A DNA stretch of 64,000 bases from an uncultured Clostridia bacterium. GTDB taxonomy: Bacteria > Bacillota > Clostridia > Oscillospirales > QAKW01. The notes under the pieces are model-generated. The model was not told the origin of the DNA. It ran no database searches and saw nothing but the letters and a program-made list of their open reading frames with translations. The position numbers and the translations under genes were made by a program. The stretch covers positions 16,329 through 80,328 of the forward strand of contig CALXGQ010000009.1 in assembly GCA_944387895.1 (NCBI GenBank). The letters run 5' to 3'. Position 1 is the first letter of the stretch, and each line of letters begins with the position of its first letter. This document shows, in pieces, positions 61,668 through 64,000 of this stretch.

Positions 61668-62639
61668 TCAGATCGAAATGATATCACACATCCGGTAGAG
61701 ATCCAGCGGAAATTCCTTGGTCATCGCCAGGGCTTCCTGGATATCATAGTCCACCAACTGGTCGTTGCGGATGCCGACGACCCGATTGCTCTTTCCAGCC
61801 GCAAGCAGCTCGACCGCATAAGAGCCGAACTGGCTGGCAAGAACGCGATCCCGGGCGGTGGGAGAACCGCCGCGCTGAACATGACCCAAAATGGTGGCGC
61901 GGGTTACAACACCGGTCGTATCCTGGATATATTTGGAAAGCTCTTCGGCATGGCCAACGCCTTCGGCCACAAGAACAATGAAGTTCGTTTTGCCGATCGC
62001 CCGGCCTTCTTCGATCTTTTTAATCACGTCGACAACGGTGCTTTTTACCTCCGGTACCATCACAAAGCAGGCGCCGGTGGCAATTCCCGCATGAAGGGCG
62101 ATATAGCCGGCATTCCGGCCCATGACCTCCACAACGGAGCAGCGCTCATGAGAACGCATCGTATCCCGGATCCGGTCCACCATATCCACAACGCAGTTGA
62201 TACAGGTATCAAAACCGATGGTATAATCGGTGGAGCTGATATCGTTATCGATGGTGCCGGGCAGGCCGATGCAGGGTACGCCCCGGGTAGAAAGATCTCC
62301 GGCGCCGCGGTAGGAACCGTCGCCCCCGATCACAACCAGACCCTCGATCCCGAATTTTTTACAGTTGGCAATAGCCTTCTGCATGCCCTCTTCCGTGCAG
62401 AATTCTTTGCTGCGCGCCGAAAACAGCGCGGTGCCGCCTTCCTGAAGAATGTTGGAAACGTCCCGCACGCTCAGGTCGACAATATCCCCCGCGATCAGCC
62501 CGGCATAGCCTCTGCGCACGCCGGCCACTTCCATTCCCTTAAAATGAGCGGCGCGGGTAACGGCACGGATCGCCGCATTCATGCCGGGAGCGTCTCCACC
62601 GCTGGTCAGAACGCCAATTTTTTTAACCTTCGTATCCAT
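61668..62639 (-). CDS. pfkA: ATP-dependent 6-phosphofructokinase
   Basis: 323 aa with KIGVLTSGGDAPGMNAAIR, VVIGGDGSY, PGTIDND and MGR. Confidence 0.95.
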   Translation of the reverse strand: MDTKVKKIGVLTSGGDAPGMNAAIRAVTRAAHFKGMEVAGVRRGYAGLIAGDIVDLSVRDVSNILQEGGTALFSARSKEFCTEEGMQKAIANCKKFGIEGLVVIGGDGSYRGAGDLSTRGVPCIGLPGTIDNDISSTDYTIGFDTCINCVVDMVDRIRDTMRSHERCSVVEVMGRNAGYIALHAGIATGACFVMVPEVKSTVVDVIKKIEEGRAIGKTNFIVLVAEGVGHAEELSKYIQDTTGVVTRATILGHVQRGGSPTARDRVLASQFGSYAVELLAAGKSNRVVGIRNDQLVDYDIQEALAMTKEFPLDLYRMCDIISI

Positions 62640-62701
62640 AATTGTAACCTCTTTTTTTATTTTCAGATGAATTATACACTATTTCCCCCGAAAAATCAAT
62701 C

Positions 62702-64000
62702 TTATTTTATGACAATTTCGGAGTCGTCCAATATTTTTTTCAGCTCCTCCAAAAGGGGATCGTTGATCGTTATTCCGGATTTATTCAATGTTGAAACGCT
62801 GGTACCGGTATCGGAAAAATAAAGGATGCATTCCTGAACGCCGGGATGCCGGCTTAAAAGCGCCGTAACCTTTTCCGTTTTGGGGCTTTCGCGGCCGGGC
62901 AGTTTCAGATACAGTCGCTTTGTTTTTTCCGCCAGATCCCGCTCATCCGGACGCCGCAGCTCGTCGACCAGCAGCTTGATGCCCCGGACTTCATCCTGCT
63001 GTACCTTCCCCCGTAAAAATACCAGCGCATTTTTAGCCAAAAGGGTGCGCAGCCTGGCATAGACCCGCGGAAACAGGATCCCCTCTATGGCGCCGGATAT
63101 ATCCGAAAGGGAAAGATAGCCCATCTCCTGCCCGTTTTTGGTCTTAACCGTTTTATACGATTCGATCTGAGCAAAACACCAAACGGTCGCTCCGTCCTCG
63201 ATCTCCTTGGACAGCACGACGGAAAAGGGCGTGATATCGCTCCGGGCATATATATGCCGATAGGGATCAAAAGGATTGCTGGTCAAATGAATGCCCAGCA
63301 TTTCCTTCTCAAAGGCCATCTTGACGGTTTTTTCAAACTCCGGCTGCGGATCACGAAAATACTGTTCCCAGGCGTCCGAGGGATCCTCCTCCAGCATGGA
63401 AAAAAGACCAATCTGACCTTCGATCTGATTCTTCTTTTCCTGCGCTATGCCGTTCATCAGCTGCTCATAGATCAGCGTGAGATGCCTGCGGCTGTATTGA
63501 AAGCAATCAAAAACACCACTTTTGATCATACTTTCGACGGCGCGGGAATTGATATCCAGCCCGGCGGTCCGCATACAGAAATCGACAAAGCTCCGATATT
63601 CCCCGTTTTTCTCCCGCTCAGCCACAATGTCGTCCACCATTTTTGCCCCGACGTTTTTAATGGCAAGAAGGCCATAGACGATCCCGTCCCCGGTCGCCCG
63701 GAACCGGGAATCGCTTTTATTGATATGCGGGGGCATGACTTTAATGCCCAGCCGCCGGCACTCCTCGATATACTCCGCCGTTTTTTCCGTCGAACCAATG
63801 ACGCTGGTCATCAGCGCGGCCAGATATTCGGTGGGGTAATGGGTTTTGAGATAGGCGGTCTGATAGGCGATTTTCGCGTAACAGGTGGCGTGGGATTTAT
63901 TGAAGGCATATTTTGCAAAGTCGATCATCTGATCATAGATCCGGCTTGCAATCTTTTCAGAAACGCCCCGCCGGACAGCGCCCGGTATCAGAACCTCCCC
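62702..64000 (-). CDS. dnaE: DNA polymerase III alpha subunit DnaE (C-terminal part; 5' end beyond window)
   Basis: The frame is open to nt 64000 (translation GEVLIPGAVRRGVSEKIASRIYDQMIDFAKYAFNKSHA...). It has the beta-binding/OB-fold C-terminal region, and the pfkA neighbourhood is typical of Firmicutes. Confidence 0.92.
   Translation of the reverse strand, partial: GEVLIPGAVRRGVSEKIASRIYDQMIDFAKYAFNKSHATCYAKIAYQTAYLKTHYPTEYLAALMTSVIGSTEKTAEYIEECRRLGIKVMPPHINKSDSRFRATGDGIVYGLLAIKNVGAKMVDDIVAEREKNGEYRSFVDFCMRTAGLDINSRAVESMIKSGVFDCFQYSRRHLTLIYEQLMNGIAQEKKNQIEGQIGLFSMLEEDPSDAWEQYFRDPQPEFEKTVKMAFEKEMLGIHLTSNPFDPYRHIYARSDITPFSVVLSKEIEDGATVWCFAQIESYKTVKTKNGQEMGYLSLSDISGAIEGILFPRVYARLRTLLAKNALVFLRGKVQQDEVRGIKLLVDELRRPDERDLAEKTKRLYLKLPGRESPKTEKVTALLSRHPGVQECILYFSDTGTSVSTLNKSGITINDPLLEELKKILDDSEIVIK

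Noticed and set aside
1-64000. CRISPR arrays, IS elements or transposases, restriction-modification or other known defence systems, toxin-antitoxin pairs, and rRNA genes.
   Set aside because: I saw no regularly spaced direct repeats, no transposase, integrase, Cas, methylase or nuclease-like ORFs, and no rRNA-like sequence while reading both strands. All large ORFs are accounted for by the features listed.

Overview
This looks like a chromosomal, mostly housekeeping segment from a spore-forming Firmicute. It resembles Clostridia or Oscillospiraceae, but that taxonomic guess is inference only. All calls come from reading the sequence and ORF translations, with no database search.

I call about 60 CDS and 3 tRNAs: Arg-CCG on the plus strand, and an Asp-GTC/Thr-GGT pair on the minus strand. 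I found no rRNA, CRISPR array, transposase, integrase or recognisable defence or toxin-antitoxin genes.

Main blocks, in order:
- secD (5' truncated by the window edge) and secF, then asp23
- a complete spoIIIAA-AH sporulation operon
- eno-ldh
- a ctpA-like S41 protease, a coiled-coil M23 peptidase, ftsX and ftsE
- a PucR-type regulator, an orphan MsmX/MalK-type sugar ABC ATPase, and rsuA
- an EF-G paralog, a P1B-ATPase-like protein, rlmB and a P2-ATPase-like protein
- plsY, der, a DUF512 radical SAM gene, then rpmF and yceD
- a GT2 glycosyltransferase, glf and a PBP2-type transpeptidase, then dinB with a LexA box
- a lower-GC accessory patch: alpha/beta hydrolase, TetR, ECF sigma factor and a membrane partner
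- divIVA-like gene, tRNA-Arg, and a natAB-like ABC-2 exporter behind a long leader
- an AT-rich YgjV-like islet next to the tRNA-Asp/Thr pair
- infC (ATT start), rpmI and rplT
- trkH/trkA-type K+ uptake genes, a TrmH-family methylase, dprA, topA, trmFO, plsX, acpP, rnc and a radical SAM gene
- a cinA/pncC-like gene, rnfCDGEAB, an AraC regulator, pfkA, and dnaE (partial at the window edge)

Most unusual observations:
1. Three large paralogs of well-known NTPases sit co-oriented within about 7 kb, and each has lost its signature catalytic motifs. The EF-G-like protein reads DVPGN and SGLD. The P1B-ATPase-like protein has no CPC or DKTGT. The P2-ATPase-like protein reads DASEL in place of DKTGT.
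2. RnfC carries an in-frame N-terminal extension of about 180 aa that looks like four transmembrane helices.
3. The natAB-like pump has a leader of about 195 nt with a possible anti-SD pairing.

I see no clear-cut novel multi-gene system, and these observations are leads rather than demonstrated functions.
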